From: Trichosphaerium sp. ATCC 40318
Lineage: Eukaryota > Protista > Tubulinea
Length of the DNA: 64,000 nucleotides
Direction: 5' to 3'
Assembly: GCA_038496445.1 (NCBI GenBank)
Contig: JALMLS010000199.1
Location: forward strand, 1 to 64,000
Both the position numbers and the translations under genes were made by a program. This document shows positions 1-10,942 of this stretch, in pieces. Each line of letters starts with the position of its first letter. The first letter of the stretch is position 1. The notes under the pieces were generated by a model. That model made no database searches and was not told where the DNA came from. It worked only from the letters and a program-made list of their open reading frames with translations.

Positions 1-549
1 ACGGACTTCCACAGTACACTGAGGTGTCTCCCTGGGCAAGTAAAAACTAGAACTCAACGATTAGGTGTTTCCATTTTTGAAAACCTCTCAGTCCGTTTTC
101 GCAACTAAGGGTAATACATACATACTACGACGCGAAGGTAAACTTGCTGGTGGGTAATATATGCTCCTTGGCTTTCGTGGCTTGAATTCCGCTTTACTTT
201 CCGAAAATTCTCTGAATGCCAAACTAAGTCGCCCGCTTTAATTCTTGTTAGCCTACACCTCACTAGATCTCACCACATGTCCACCATCAATGTTTACCCT
301 TCTAAAACAAAGCGCGCGCTAGAGTTAAAACAATTTGGTAAGCTATAACGGTAAAATATAGTGAAATTCGTCTTGTTATACCAAAACAACGTTATTTAAC
401 CGATTTTTTTTGCTTTTTGTATTTTCTCTTGAATTATTTTATAAACTGGCCAAATCGACTAAAAAGTATTACCAAACTCTTTCCCACGCGAAAAAACCAT
501 ATATTCGACGTATTACGAGTTTTGGCGCAAAAATACTTGTAAAATCCGC

Positions 550-1121
550 AGAATTATTCCGCCGTCTCTTACATGCCCTAGAACAGCATAAAACACCATT
601 AAATATACTATCATTGCCTTTTGAGATCCAAATAGCCATCTGCGAGCAAGATCAGGAAGTTTTTTCAAAATTCCACGTGCTTTCTAGAAAAGCAGCTACA
701 AATACTCATTATACAAGTAATTTAAAAAAAGAGGAACTTGGATTATTTGGAGACCTACAGGAGAGATTTTTGAAAAAACTGAGTTTTCTAAAGGAAAACG
801 TGAAGGAAAGAGTAAATTTTGGCGTCGTTCTGGTTTGCTTCTAAAAGAATGTTATACCAAAGATGAACTTGATGGTATTTATCAGACTTATGATTATACT
901 GGTAATATCGAGGAACAATGTTTTTATAAGAGAGTAAATTAGATGGTGAACACAAGGCATGGAGGAATGGTGTCTTGAAGAAAAAAAGTTTTTATAAAGA
1001 AGGTAAACAACTTGGATTTAAAGGATGGAGAAATGATGGTGAAGTACTTGGTGGTGCTTGTGAGAGTGGTCGACAAACTGCTAAAGGTTTTAGATCTGTA
1101 GCAGAGCTATGTGCTATGTAG
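550..1121 (+). pseudogene. F-box-like + MORN-variant (YwqK-like) repeat gene, frameshifted
   Basis: ORF 410..844 contains ILSLPFEIQIAIC...LSRKAATNTHY, paralogous to the N-termini at 18.6 kb and 47.5 kb. After an A7 run (~725-731) another frame reads RGTWIIWRPTGEIFEKTEFSKGKREGKSKFWRRSGLL..., and after a second shift (~930) KLDGEHKAWRNGVLKKKSFYKEGKQLG...* (TAG 1119-1121). 5' end not resolved. Confidence 0.7.
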
Positions 1122-1391
1122 TATTTTTTTTTACAAAACAACAAATAAAAAAAAAAAAAATAGCATAAAACGAGAAAGTTTTTTTTTTACTCGCCTGTTA
1201 TCAGGATATGTATTTCGCAAAATGTTCTTCTATTCATGCCTCAAAATACTATATGAATTGTATCACGTTGGTATGTTTGTATAGAGTAAAACCAGTCAAG
1301 GAGTTAGCGTTGATTGTTCTTTTTTTTATTCGAAGATTTGGGAGAAATCGCTATCTTTTTGTTAAATTCTGTACATGATTATTTATTGTTT

Positions 1392-2986
1392 TTAATACAT
1401 TGGTGATCCCATTGGAACAGCTTGAGGACCAGGTTGGTTTACACTGACATTGATTTCATGTCCTTTCTGTGAACCAGCACCGCGGCAAAAATAAACGCCC
1501 ATAATGGTAGCTAGAACACCTATGATCACCAAGAGTATTGTAATGACGATAAGAGCGATTGCCCATGATGCCAAACCACTTGGTGGAGCGCCTACAGCAG
1601 CTGCTATTGTCGTTGGTTCAAGAGTAGGAGCATCTGTTGGTGGTAGTGTCGTTTCCAGAGGGTCTACAGGTGGCTCTGTTGTTGGAGGTAGTGTTGTTGG
1701 TGGATTTGTTGTAGGTGGAGTTGTCGTTGGAGGTTGTGTTGTAGGAGGTAGAGTAGGAGGCGGAAGCAATGATGAGATAGAGACACCAGCAAGTAAGGAT
1801 TCGTCTGAAGCGAATGAAACATGCATAAATCCAACAATGTTAGATGTATCAGCAGCGATAACGAGATCGTCTGTTATTCTTGTTCCAGTAAAAAGATCAA
1901 CGTCATCTGTTATTTCAAGTGTACTACAAGAAAAGAATGAGAAAAGAAAGGAATAAAAAGAAACCAAAAGAAAGGATAGTCGTACGTTTCATCTAGTTTT
2001 GCGAACTTGTATTGTTTTTCAGTTCCTAATTGGTCGTATGCAAGTACGTATACACCTTCGAATACCGAGAATGTACCAAATGGAGTATCTGTCAAGATAC
2101 TAGAGTCCAATAGCTGTACCTCTGATCCAGCGATACCAGCTCCGTCGACTTTACGAGCAGCAATTGGATTTCCTTTCCAAAGAACGAGAAACTCTTCTTT
2201 TGTTCCATGAGATATCACATTGGGTCTGGTTCCTGCTCCGAAACTTACTTCAAAGTCATTTATCCTTCCACTGTCGATGATGTGACTTCCTTGTATATTA
2301 TCTGCTTTCGTTTGCCAAACAGCAAAGAAACTTTTGGTAAATGTGTTGTAAGCTATTCTTGATCGCACTTGCCATTCGATATCATTGAAAATAGATACTC
2401 TGAATTGAGGAGATACATCACCAGTTACAGGGTCAACTGATGCTCCGAATATAGCGTATTCTTTTTCTCTGAGTACGATATCTTGAGTGGCCCATATTAC
2501 CATGTATTTGTTTGTATCACTATTGAAGGCGGCACTTGGTTTTGCGTTTTGGCTACTTGTTGATGATTGACTTATTGGAAATGTTGGTTTGATAATTAAC
2601 CCGTTTTGATCAAGAAGGATTCCTCTTACTCTTGTGGTTTGGCTTCCTCGCGATCTGAAGTAGTACAAGTACGATCCTGTACCAGTACCGACAATATCTG
2701 GAGATATTGGTACGTCCGCACCCAAAGAGAGAAAGAAAACATCAGTCAAAGCAGTGCCGTTTGGATCGTAGAATCTCGCTCTGAATAGATTGAATGTTCC
2801 TGAAGAGTCTCGTCCAGTTATTTTCCATGTTACCAAGTATCTGTTGGTGACTGCATCGAAAGCTACACCTTTTTCTTTGACCTCATTGAATCCAACTGGA
2901 TCTATCACGTTGAATTGCCTCACAGTTCCGAAAGATAGTACAGAAGGAAGAAGGCAGAGAAACAAGATGTACAGTAAAAGTGTCAT
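1392..2986 (-). CDS. Type I membrane protein: signal peptide, beta-propeller-like repeats, Pro/Thr stalk, TM helix, short tail (copy A, intact)
   Basis: Exon 1 2986-1986, GT-AG intron 1985-1924, exon 2 1923-1392. Hydrophobic N-terminus MTLLLYILFLCLLPSVLS; repeats of type PxxAFNxxxxxYxVxW; PPTT repeats; TM WAIALIVITILLVIIGVLATIMGVYF. Confidence 0.85.
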
Positions 2987-3509
2987 TAAACTACTAACTT
3001 TAGATTAGAATGATTATACGTTATTAGATCTATGGCTTACGTTGTTGTGTTCATTGTGTTGGGGATTATTAATTGTTCTCTCAAACTTTATGAAGCTTGT
3101 GAACTATTCTCTAAATTTATCCGGATCACGTGAACTTGTTTTGGAGAATGGAAGAATAAGGAGAATATTGGATCGTCATATCTCGCTTTCAAAAATACTG
3201 TAAAAACAGCTAGTTAACTACAAAGCAATAATAAGCTGCGGGTTTTGAGTTTTCCCGTCTCACAAATTGTGTTAAGTGGCGTTGTACGCTCGCTCCACAC
3301 TCGAAGTTTAAACGCCAGTATTCGCTTCAGTACCTAACATTTGCTTTGGGTACGCCATGTTTTCACGAAAACCCACGTGATTTTGTACTTATTAAAGTTC
3401 ACACAATTTTTTCACGAAGCACCACGAGATACCTTTTCTTGGTAAGGAAGGATATGTTGCCTGTTTGACGTTTCATACAAGTTTTATTGTGTTATTTCTA
3501 TTATACATT

Positions 3510-5011
3510 CTAGTTGTAGTACGGACGAGGTGGTATTGCTTCAAGAGGTGTTCCTACAGGAACACTCTGATGTGACGGTCCTTGAGGTTCTCCTTGAGGT
3601 ATTCCTTGGTGTACGTTGACGTTAACCTCAGTTCCTTTGTCTCCACCACAACGGAAATAAGCACCAGCAATCATTGCTAAAACAACAAGAATAAAAACTA
3701 ATACAGCTACTACGATAATAGCGATTGCCCATGATGCCAAACCACTCGGTGGAGCGTCTACAGCTTCTGCTATTGTTGTTGGTTCAAGAGTAGGAGCCTC
3801 TGTTGATGGTAGTGTCGTGGGAGGTTGAGTTGTAGGTGCTTCAGGTGTTGGCGGAATAGTAGTCGGAGGTTGAGTGCTCGGTGAAGGAATAAATGGATCA
3901 ATAGATACGCCAGCGAGTGCTGATTCAGTTTGAGCGAATGAAACAGGCATAAATCCAACAATGTTAGATGTATCAGCAGCGATAACGAGATCGTCTGTTA
4001 TTCTTGTTCCAGTAAAAATACTAACATCATCTATTGTTTCAAGTGTACTACAAGAAAGAGTAAGAAAAAGATTAAAATAAAGCCATACGTTTCATTTACT
4101 GTTGTAAACTTATAGTGTCTTTCGCCATTGTGTTGTTCATATGCAAGCACATATACGCCTTCGAATACAACGAATGCACTAAATGGAGTATCTGTCGAGA
4201 TGCTAGAATCCAATACCTGTACCTCTTCCTTTCCAAAGAACAAGAAACTCTTGTTTTGTTCCGTGAGATATCACATTGAGTCTGGTTCCTGCTCCTACGC
4301 TTACTTCAAAATCCTTTATCCTTCTGCTTTCTATGATATGACTTCCTTGTATATTGTCTGCTTTCGTTTGCCAAACAGCAAAGAACTTTTTGGTGAATGT
4401 GTTGTAAGCTATTCTTGCGATTCAATATCATTGAAAACAGAAACTCTGAATTGAGGAGGTACATCGCCAGTTACAGGGTCAACTGATGCTCCAAATATAC
4501 CAAAATCCCTATCATTACCAACGACTTCTTTAGAAGCACACACTACCATATATTTATTTGTATCGCTGTTGAAGGCAGCACTTGGGTTTGCGTTCTCGCT
4601 TTCATCAGAAGATTGACTTATTGGAAAAATACGAGCTGGACTATGTACTCCGTTTTCATCAAGTAGCATTCCACTTACTTATTGAATCAAATATTTGTGT
4701 TCTGAAGTAGTACATATAAGATCCTGATCCAGTACCAATAATATCAGGTGTTACGTTGTCTATCTTGCAAGAGAGGAAAGTCTTCAGTCACAGCAGTTCC
4801 ATTTATCTTGCTGCAGAAAATGTAAATGCTATACTGTTAGACTCTGTTCCAGAGACTTCATATGTTACCAAGTATCTCTCAGTAACAGCATCGTAAGCTA
4901 TTCCCTGCTCAACGTTATCAAAGTCAAGTGGATCTATAACATTGAATTGTCTGACATCTCCAACAGATAGTACAGAAGGAAGAAGGCAGAGATGTACAGT
5001 AAAAGGGTCAT
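3510..5011 (-). pseudogene. Degenerate copy B of the beta-propeller/PT-stalk receptor
   Basis: ATG at 5011 with signal-peptide homology but a 7-nt deletion relative to A. ~45-nt deletion near 4230 and further indels split it into ORFs 4409..4669, 4031..4243 and 3510..3950. Confidence 0.8.
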
Positions 5012-5193
5012 TGTGTTGAAGAGGATATGTACAATTGTTTTAAGTGTTACGTACGTTGTTGTGGTCATTGTAGGTGTTTATGTAAATGCATTAAGTTGCT
5101 AACGACAAAAAGTTTTTTTTCAAAAAAAAAACAATGCTAAGCATCGAGTACCGATATAAAACAGATGTCACTACGGGACAACTAAAATGCAGC

Positions 5194-5411
5194 AAAAAAA
5201 TGCGAATTTTCGACTTTGTGAGTGCTGTGTCTACTTTAATTAGTAAGATAGCTCTGCCACGCTGTATAGCGTTAGGAATGATTTCAGGTCTCATGAATAT
5301 TCGGTTCACGTGAAATCAATGATTTACTTTTCGCGAGCGTGTTGTCATACCCCACGTGTTTAACATGGTACCAGTACTAATTGTCGTGTACGACTGCCAT
5401 ACAGTGGCGTG
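5194..5411. repeat. Left non-coding inverted-repeat arm (partner 8689-8903)
   Basis: 5275-5373 is the reverse complement of 8721-8818 with about one mismatch and one indel. Flanks align with lower identity. Confidence 0.95.
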
Positions 5412-5720
5412 TTTACGGTAGTGTTTAACGTTGTTCCACGTTTACGACTACATCCGCCATAGAAGTTACAAACGCTTTTCAATTTCAAAATGTAGGCCTT
5501 TTAATCATGTGTAAACAAGGAACAATTTGGTTAATACTTCTCAATGAAAGGCTGCTCCTGTGGAGCGCAAAAACTGTATTTGATCACTGCTAGGCAGCGT
5601 AACACCATTGAGTTCGTTGATGGTTCGTGACGCTTGTCCAAAGAATGGCAGCCATCTGGGTTTTTTTAAAATTGTATGTTGGTATTGTGATCTGATTTCT
5701 GGCTTTAATCACGTTTTGAA

Positions 5721-6418
5721 TCATGAAGAAGGAGTCTCTTGTAACTTCAGTAATCCGTTCTTATCAAGACGATAAACAAGCCATGCTTTTGTTCTTGTGA
5801 TACCGAGATCAGTCCAAAATTTCTGTTGTTGTTCGTCCGTCTTCTCTACTTCAAGTTTAAGCCTAGAGAATGTGTCAAAGCGATAAAAAAAGCGACATTA
5901 AGCGTTTCAACAGTATTAGCACCTCTTGCAGTCCTTTTTACAAGCAATATCTGCTACATGCTTCATCAGCGCAGTAAGTACTCCTTTATCGTTGTCGCTA
6001 GCGTATATTTCCTCTAGCTGTAGTTCTTTTCCTTCCCAAGTTGAATACCTTTCTTGTGGTTATTAATTTGTTAAGTCGCTAGTTTAGAACCTGAAGTAGT
6101 ATAAAGCCAAACCTAGTGTTAGTTAGCGTTTTTGGGAATGACATTTTATAAATGAACGTGCCAACCGGTTTCGCCTCTATAAATGCTATTGCTACATGAA
6201 CACAATCCCCAAGATCTCGTTTAATAGCTTTAAGAAGTGTCAGTGGATGTTAGTGTATTTTTTCATACAATCAACCGTTAGATTCGTTTCACGCTCTCTA
6301 ACACCCAAGTAAGCCTAAAGGCCGTTATTTTAGTTTGTTTATGTGTTGAAACCTTCAACAGATCGAAAATAGTCCCAGCATCGTCTTTGGTAGCGTCTCT
6401 GACGAGACACAGCGCCAT
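5721..6418 (-). CDS. Diamine/thialysine N-acetyltransferase (SAT1/SAT2-like GNAT)
   Basis: Spliced translation MALCLVRDATKDDAGTIFDLLK...GLALYYFRYSTWEGKELQLEEIY...ALMKHVADIACKKDCKR...WLVYRLDKNGLLKL. YSTWEG is typical of the SSAT family. Confidence 0.8.
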
Positions 6419-6633
6419 GGTAACTCGTACAAACAGACGAAAGCCAAAATCCCAACTTAAGAACTTGTGCTAAGTTTTGCAATCAATCAAGAGCAACCCT
6501 ATGTTTTGATTCTCCGTTATCATTATCATTATGATGTTCGTACTGAAGGTTTTTTATCGCACGTGTTGACCACAGCGGAACAATTTTGAAAACTGGAAAC
6601 GAATTCGTGAGCAGACTCAACGTTTAAAGCAAG

Positions 6634-7332
6634 ATGAGTACAGAAAAAACGTTTGTTAAGGTAACAAAGAATGAATTGGTTCTCTTAGAGATAAATAAGC
6701 TTGTTAGCGATCCAAAGGCTGGTAAGTGAAGCTACAGACCCACAATTGCTTATTTTGGCGGAAAGGTGGCGTGTCATCGTTTTGTGGCGTCACAAGAAAT
6801 CATCACAACGGTAAAAAAGTGCTTAAACTAGAGTACGAAGCATACGTACCCATGGCCGAGAAGGAAATGATGAAAATATGTAAACAAATTCGGTACGCAA
6901 TAAAAACAAGCTAGTCGCGTATGCATACGCGCAAAAACTAGTTTAAAGCTATTTACTAACTTATTTGACTCCAGCGAAAAGTGGTCTGTTATTGGCGTAG
7001 CTATGTACCATCGAATAGGACAAGTAGATATTGAACAAGCGTCTGTACGCCTTTCGATCGCTTTGCGATTGTAATCAACTTTTCCTCATCAACAAAATAG
7101 GTAATAGTAGCAGTTTCATCTGTACACCGTAAAGAATGTATAGAGGCTATGCATTATGGTATAGATGAGTTAAAAAAGTGCGCAGATATAGCTAAAATCT
7201 ACTGTTTGTTTTTCGCTAATGGTGACAACCTACAGGTACGTTCCAGTGTGGAAAAAAGAGTATTATGAGGATGGTTCGGTATGGAAACAAAACCAAGAAG
7301 CAAAAGACGGACATCACCATTGCTGTAGCTAA
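6634..7332 (+). CDS. MOCS2: Molybdopterin synthase catalytic subunit (MoaE/MOCS2B)
   Basis: Spliced motifs GGVSSFCGVTRN, LEYEAYVPMA, HRIGQV, VAVSSVHRKE, IDELK, VPVWKKEYYEDG; four GT-AG introns. Confidence 0.92.
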
Positions 7333-7485
7333 CACAGAGACAACTTGTTTTGTTGTTGAAAAAAAATGCTTGTTAATAATATTCGGTATGGAAACAAAAC
7401 CAAGAAGCAAAAGACGGACATCACCATTGCTGTAGCTAACACAGAGACAACTTGTTTTGTTGTTGAATGCTTGTTAATAATATTC
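7275..7485. repeat. Tandem duplication (period ~107 bp) of the MOCS2B 3' end and UTR
   Basis: ttcggtatggaaacaaaacc...gttgttgaa(a)tgcttgttaataata occurs at 7275 and 7382, differing only in an A-run. Confidence 0.9.
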
Positions 7486-7729
7486 AACTCAAATTTAATC
7501 AACAGACACGTGATCGCACAGTGCATGGACAGCAAAGTAGTAGGAAGGATGAAACTTTTTTTTTACTGAACTTGTTGTGGAGAAACAATTCTCTCGAGAA
7601 ATTTTTTTGTTTTTTTTTTTTTTTTTCGGTTTGTGTTGTTACTGTGTCTTTTTAATCTGCATGCATACCTTTGTAAATACATAAAACAATTAGTTTAACA
7701 TGTTGTTATTAAAACTAAGTGATCTCTGT

Positions 7730-8530
7730 TTAACCAGTTGTTGGTGTCTTGATGTAAACGTGGTTTGCTTTTTCCCACTTGGTTTTTGACTTCCAAGGTT
7801 GTACTTTGTCCATCATTGGTATCAATTCCATTTCGTTCTTTGCTAGCTCGATGTAATTCTCCATTTGTATACCTATTAAGCGTATTAGAAGCGAGTTATG
7901 TATTTTTTTGTTTTTGTTACAAAGCAAACGTTTTTGAACAAAAAATTGTGCGGAGAGCGTAAGTGACGCTACAGTTAGAAGTTTGAGCGTATTATTTACC
8001 TTCTCCGAACACTTTTTCTATCTCAAAAACATCTTGTGTCTTTTCCATAACGCTGATACGCCATTTGTATACTTTTTCGAGCTGTGCTCTGTATGGCGAG
8101 CCCTAATACGGTTTTTGTTTGTATTTTAATTATTTTGATTTTATTGCTACCTCTTCCATGTTAGAGTCTCTTAACATAACAAGTGCTTTGCGGTAAAGCT
8201 TCATTAGGATTTCTCTTGCAAACGGCTCTACTTCGATACCAACTAATCCAGTTGTACGCTTATATCCCTCTATTTCATAATTAGCAAACGATTAGACAAA
8301 TGGCGCGTGCTTGGCTCTTCGTATGTATAATTTTGCTCAATAACGTTATTTGGTGAGCGGTATTTCATGTCTGTTACTTCTACGGCATTTTCACTAGCAA
8401 TGTCTGGAACATCTGTTTTTCGCCTCACGCTTCTTCTTATTGCTTGTTTATGATTGTATTTCCTGCTGTATGCTACATTACTGCGTGTGGAGCTCGCTAG
8501 AGATGATTTAGCCCAAAGCCGTAGTGCCAT
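7730..8530 (-). CDS. NDUFA5: NADH dehydrogenase 1 alpha subcomplex subunit 5, with long mitochondrial presequence
   Basis: Spliced KRTTGLVGIEVEPFAREILMKLYRKAL...SPYRAQLE...IEKVFGEGIQMENYIELAKNEMELIPMMDKVQPW. R/S-rich N-terminus. Confidence 0.88.
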
Positions 8531-8688
8531 TGTGTAATCTTTTTTTTTAAAAGGAAACTTAACGATAGATCATTAAGTGACTCCATTGCCTATGAACACG
8601 TTTTGGGTTCTATATCCTACTTCAACCAACTAGTTTAACGATAAGTAGCTTCTTTTGGTTTTGCACGTGAAACACCGTAGTGTCTGAC

Positions 8689-8903
8689 CACGCCATTGTA
8701 TGGCTGTTGTACGCAGGAAATGGTACCATGTTAAGCACGTGGGTATGACAACACGCTCGCGAAAAGTAAATCATTGATTTCACGTGAACCGAATATTCAT
8801 GAGACCTGAAATCATTCCTTAATGTTATACAACGTGGCAGAACTATTATCTACCTAATTAAAGTAGACACAGCACCTCACAAAGCGGAAAATTCGCATTT
8901 TTT
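8689..8903. repeat. Right non-coding inverted-repeat arm (partner 5194-5411)
   Basis: Reverse complement of 5194-5411; near-perfect core 8721-8818. Confidence 0.95.
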
Positions 8904-9071
8904 TCGTGGTGATTTAGATTGTCCCGTTTGTTGAAACACGCTGAAATAAAAAAAAACTATTTTACCTGATTCAGATTTCTTTAAGGCCTTGTGTTACTTT
9001 GATAACAAACGAAAACGCGCTAAAATATGTTGTTATGAAGTAATTGGATGTATCTAGAAAATTGTTGTTGA

Positions 9072-10546
9072 CAATTCAACGTGGAACATGCTATTGAAGC
9101 CGATGAGGTCAAAGATATTGGTATGGCTTTTGACGCTATCAAGAATAGATACTTTGTATCATTAGATGTACCAGAATCACCCAACTTGTTCAGAGGAGGA
9201 TTCTACGATCCAAATGGGACTTCTTTGCAAGACGTGTTGTTTGATTTGGAAAAATTTATACCAGTATCTCCAGATATTGTTGGTACTGGCACTGGTTTAT
9301 ATTTATACTACTTCATATCATTCTTAAGTGAAGATGGTACAAAAGTAAGAGCAACCATACTAGACACCACAGCAGGCTTCCTTAGGATCAACCCAGTTTT
9401 TTCAATAAGTGCTTCGAGCGGCCTAGAAAACCCAAGTGCCGCCTTCAATAGTGATACAAACAAATATATGGTGGTATGGGTTAATAGAGATATCGGCGCT
9501 ATATTCGGAGCATCAGTTGATGCTGTAACTGGTGATGTATCTCCTCAATTCAGAGTATCTATTTTCAATGATATCGAATCGCAAGTGAGACCAAGAATAG
9601 CTTACAATACAGTCACCAGAAATTTCTTTGTTGTTTGGCAGACGACACAAGGCAATATACAAGGAACTCATATCACTGATAGTGGAAGGATAAACGATGT
9701 TGAAATAGGGTTTGGAGCAGGCACTGTACCCAATGTGATATCTCATGGAACAGAAGAAGAGTTTCTTGTTCTTTGGAAAGGAAATCCAATCGCTGCTAGA
9801 AAAGTCAATGGCTTTGGGTTCGCTGGACCAAAGGTGGAGCTAGTGGATTCTAGTATCTCAACAGGCACCCCATTTGGTACATTCTCAGCTTCCGAGGATG
9901 TATACGTACTTGCATATGAACAACGCAATGGCGAAAGACAGTATAAGTTCGAAAAACTAAATGAAACGTATGCCATTATTTTAATCTCTTTTTCTTATTC
10001 TTTTCTTGTAGTACACTTGAAACAATAGATGATGTTGATCTTTTTACTGGAACAAGAACAACAGGCGATATCGTAATTGCTGCTGACACAACTGATATCG
10101 TTGGGCTTATGCCTGTATCATTTACACAAGGAGAAACCTTACTCGGCGGTGTTTCTATAAGCACCCTGCCACCTACAACTCAACCTCCAACAACACTACC
10201 ACCAACAACTCCACCAACAACCGAACCACCTACAACTCAATCTCCCACAACACTACCACCAATAGAGGCTCCCACTCTTGAACCAACAACAATAGCAGAA
10301 GCTGTAGACGCTCCACCAAGTGGTTTGGCATCATGGGCAATCGCTATTATCGTAGTAGCTGTATTATTAGTTTTTATTCTTGTTGTTTTAGCAATGATTG
10401 CTGGTGCTTATTTTCGTCGTGGTAGAGATAAAGGAACTGAGGTTAACGTCAACGTAAACCAAGGAGAACCTCATGGACCGTCACATCAGAGTGTTCCTGT
10501 AGGAACACCTCTTGAACCTGTACCACCTCTTCCGTACTACAACTAA
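9072..10546 (+). pseudogene. Copy C of the beta-propeller/PT-stalk receptor; 5'-truncated (no signal peptide, in-frame TGA) but otherwise open
   Basis: Homology starts at TGA-CAA-TTC-AAC (~9069), where A/D have AGG-CAA-TTC-AAC; upstream sequence is unrelated to the signal peptide. The remainder is open with the conserved intron, stalk, TM and PPLPYYN tail. Confidence 0.7.
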
Positions 10547-10942
10547 GAATAAAAGCCTGTATATATTATTGATTCATGTGTTTTATTCAAGTCTTGTAAG
10601 AACCGCTTTATGACGTAATCTAAGATTGCGTGGTTGTTCGGGACAGAGTCGATTTTGGATTCCCAAATAATTTACCGAGGCGAACTACCTTCAATAGGCG
10701 TACTATCGTATTCGCTTTATATTAAAAGGTGGCTCACACTCCGTTGTGTACGTGAGATATGACGATTCTCTTTATTCTTCCATTCTCCAAAACAAGTTCA
10801 CGTGATCATATAAATTAAAGGAATAGCTCACAAGCTTCATAAAGTTTGAGAGAACAATTAATAATCCCAACACAATGAACACAACAACGTAAGCCATTGA
10901 TCTAATAACGTATAATCATTCTAATCTAAAGTTAGTAGTTTA

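Noticed and set aside
1-330. Possible exons of a minus-strand gene running off the left edge
   Set aside because: Splice-like signals present but no recognisable protein.
1504-1956. Gly/Val-rich ORFs (also 11973..12425)
   Set aside because: Antisense shadows of the Pro/Thr stalk codons.
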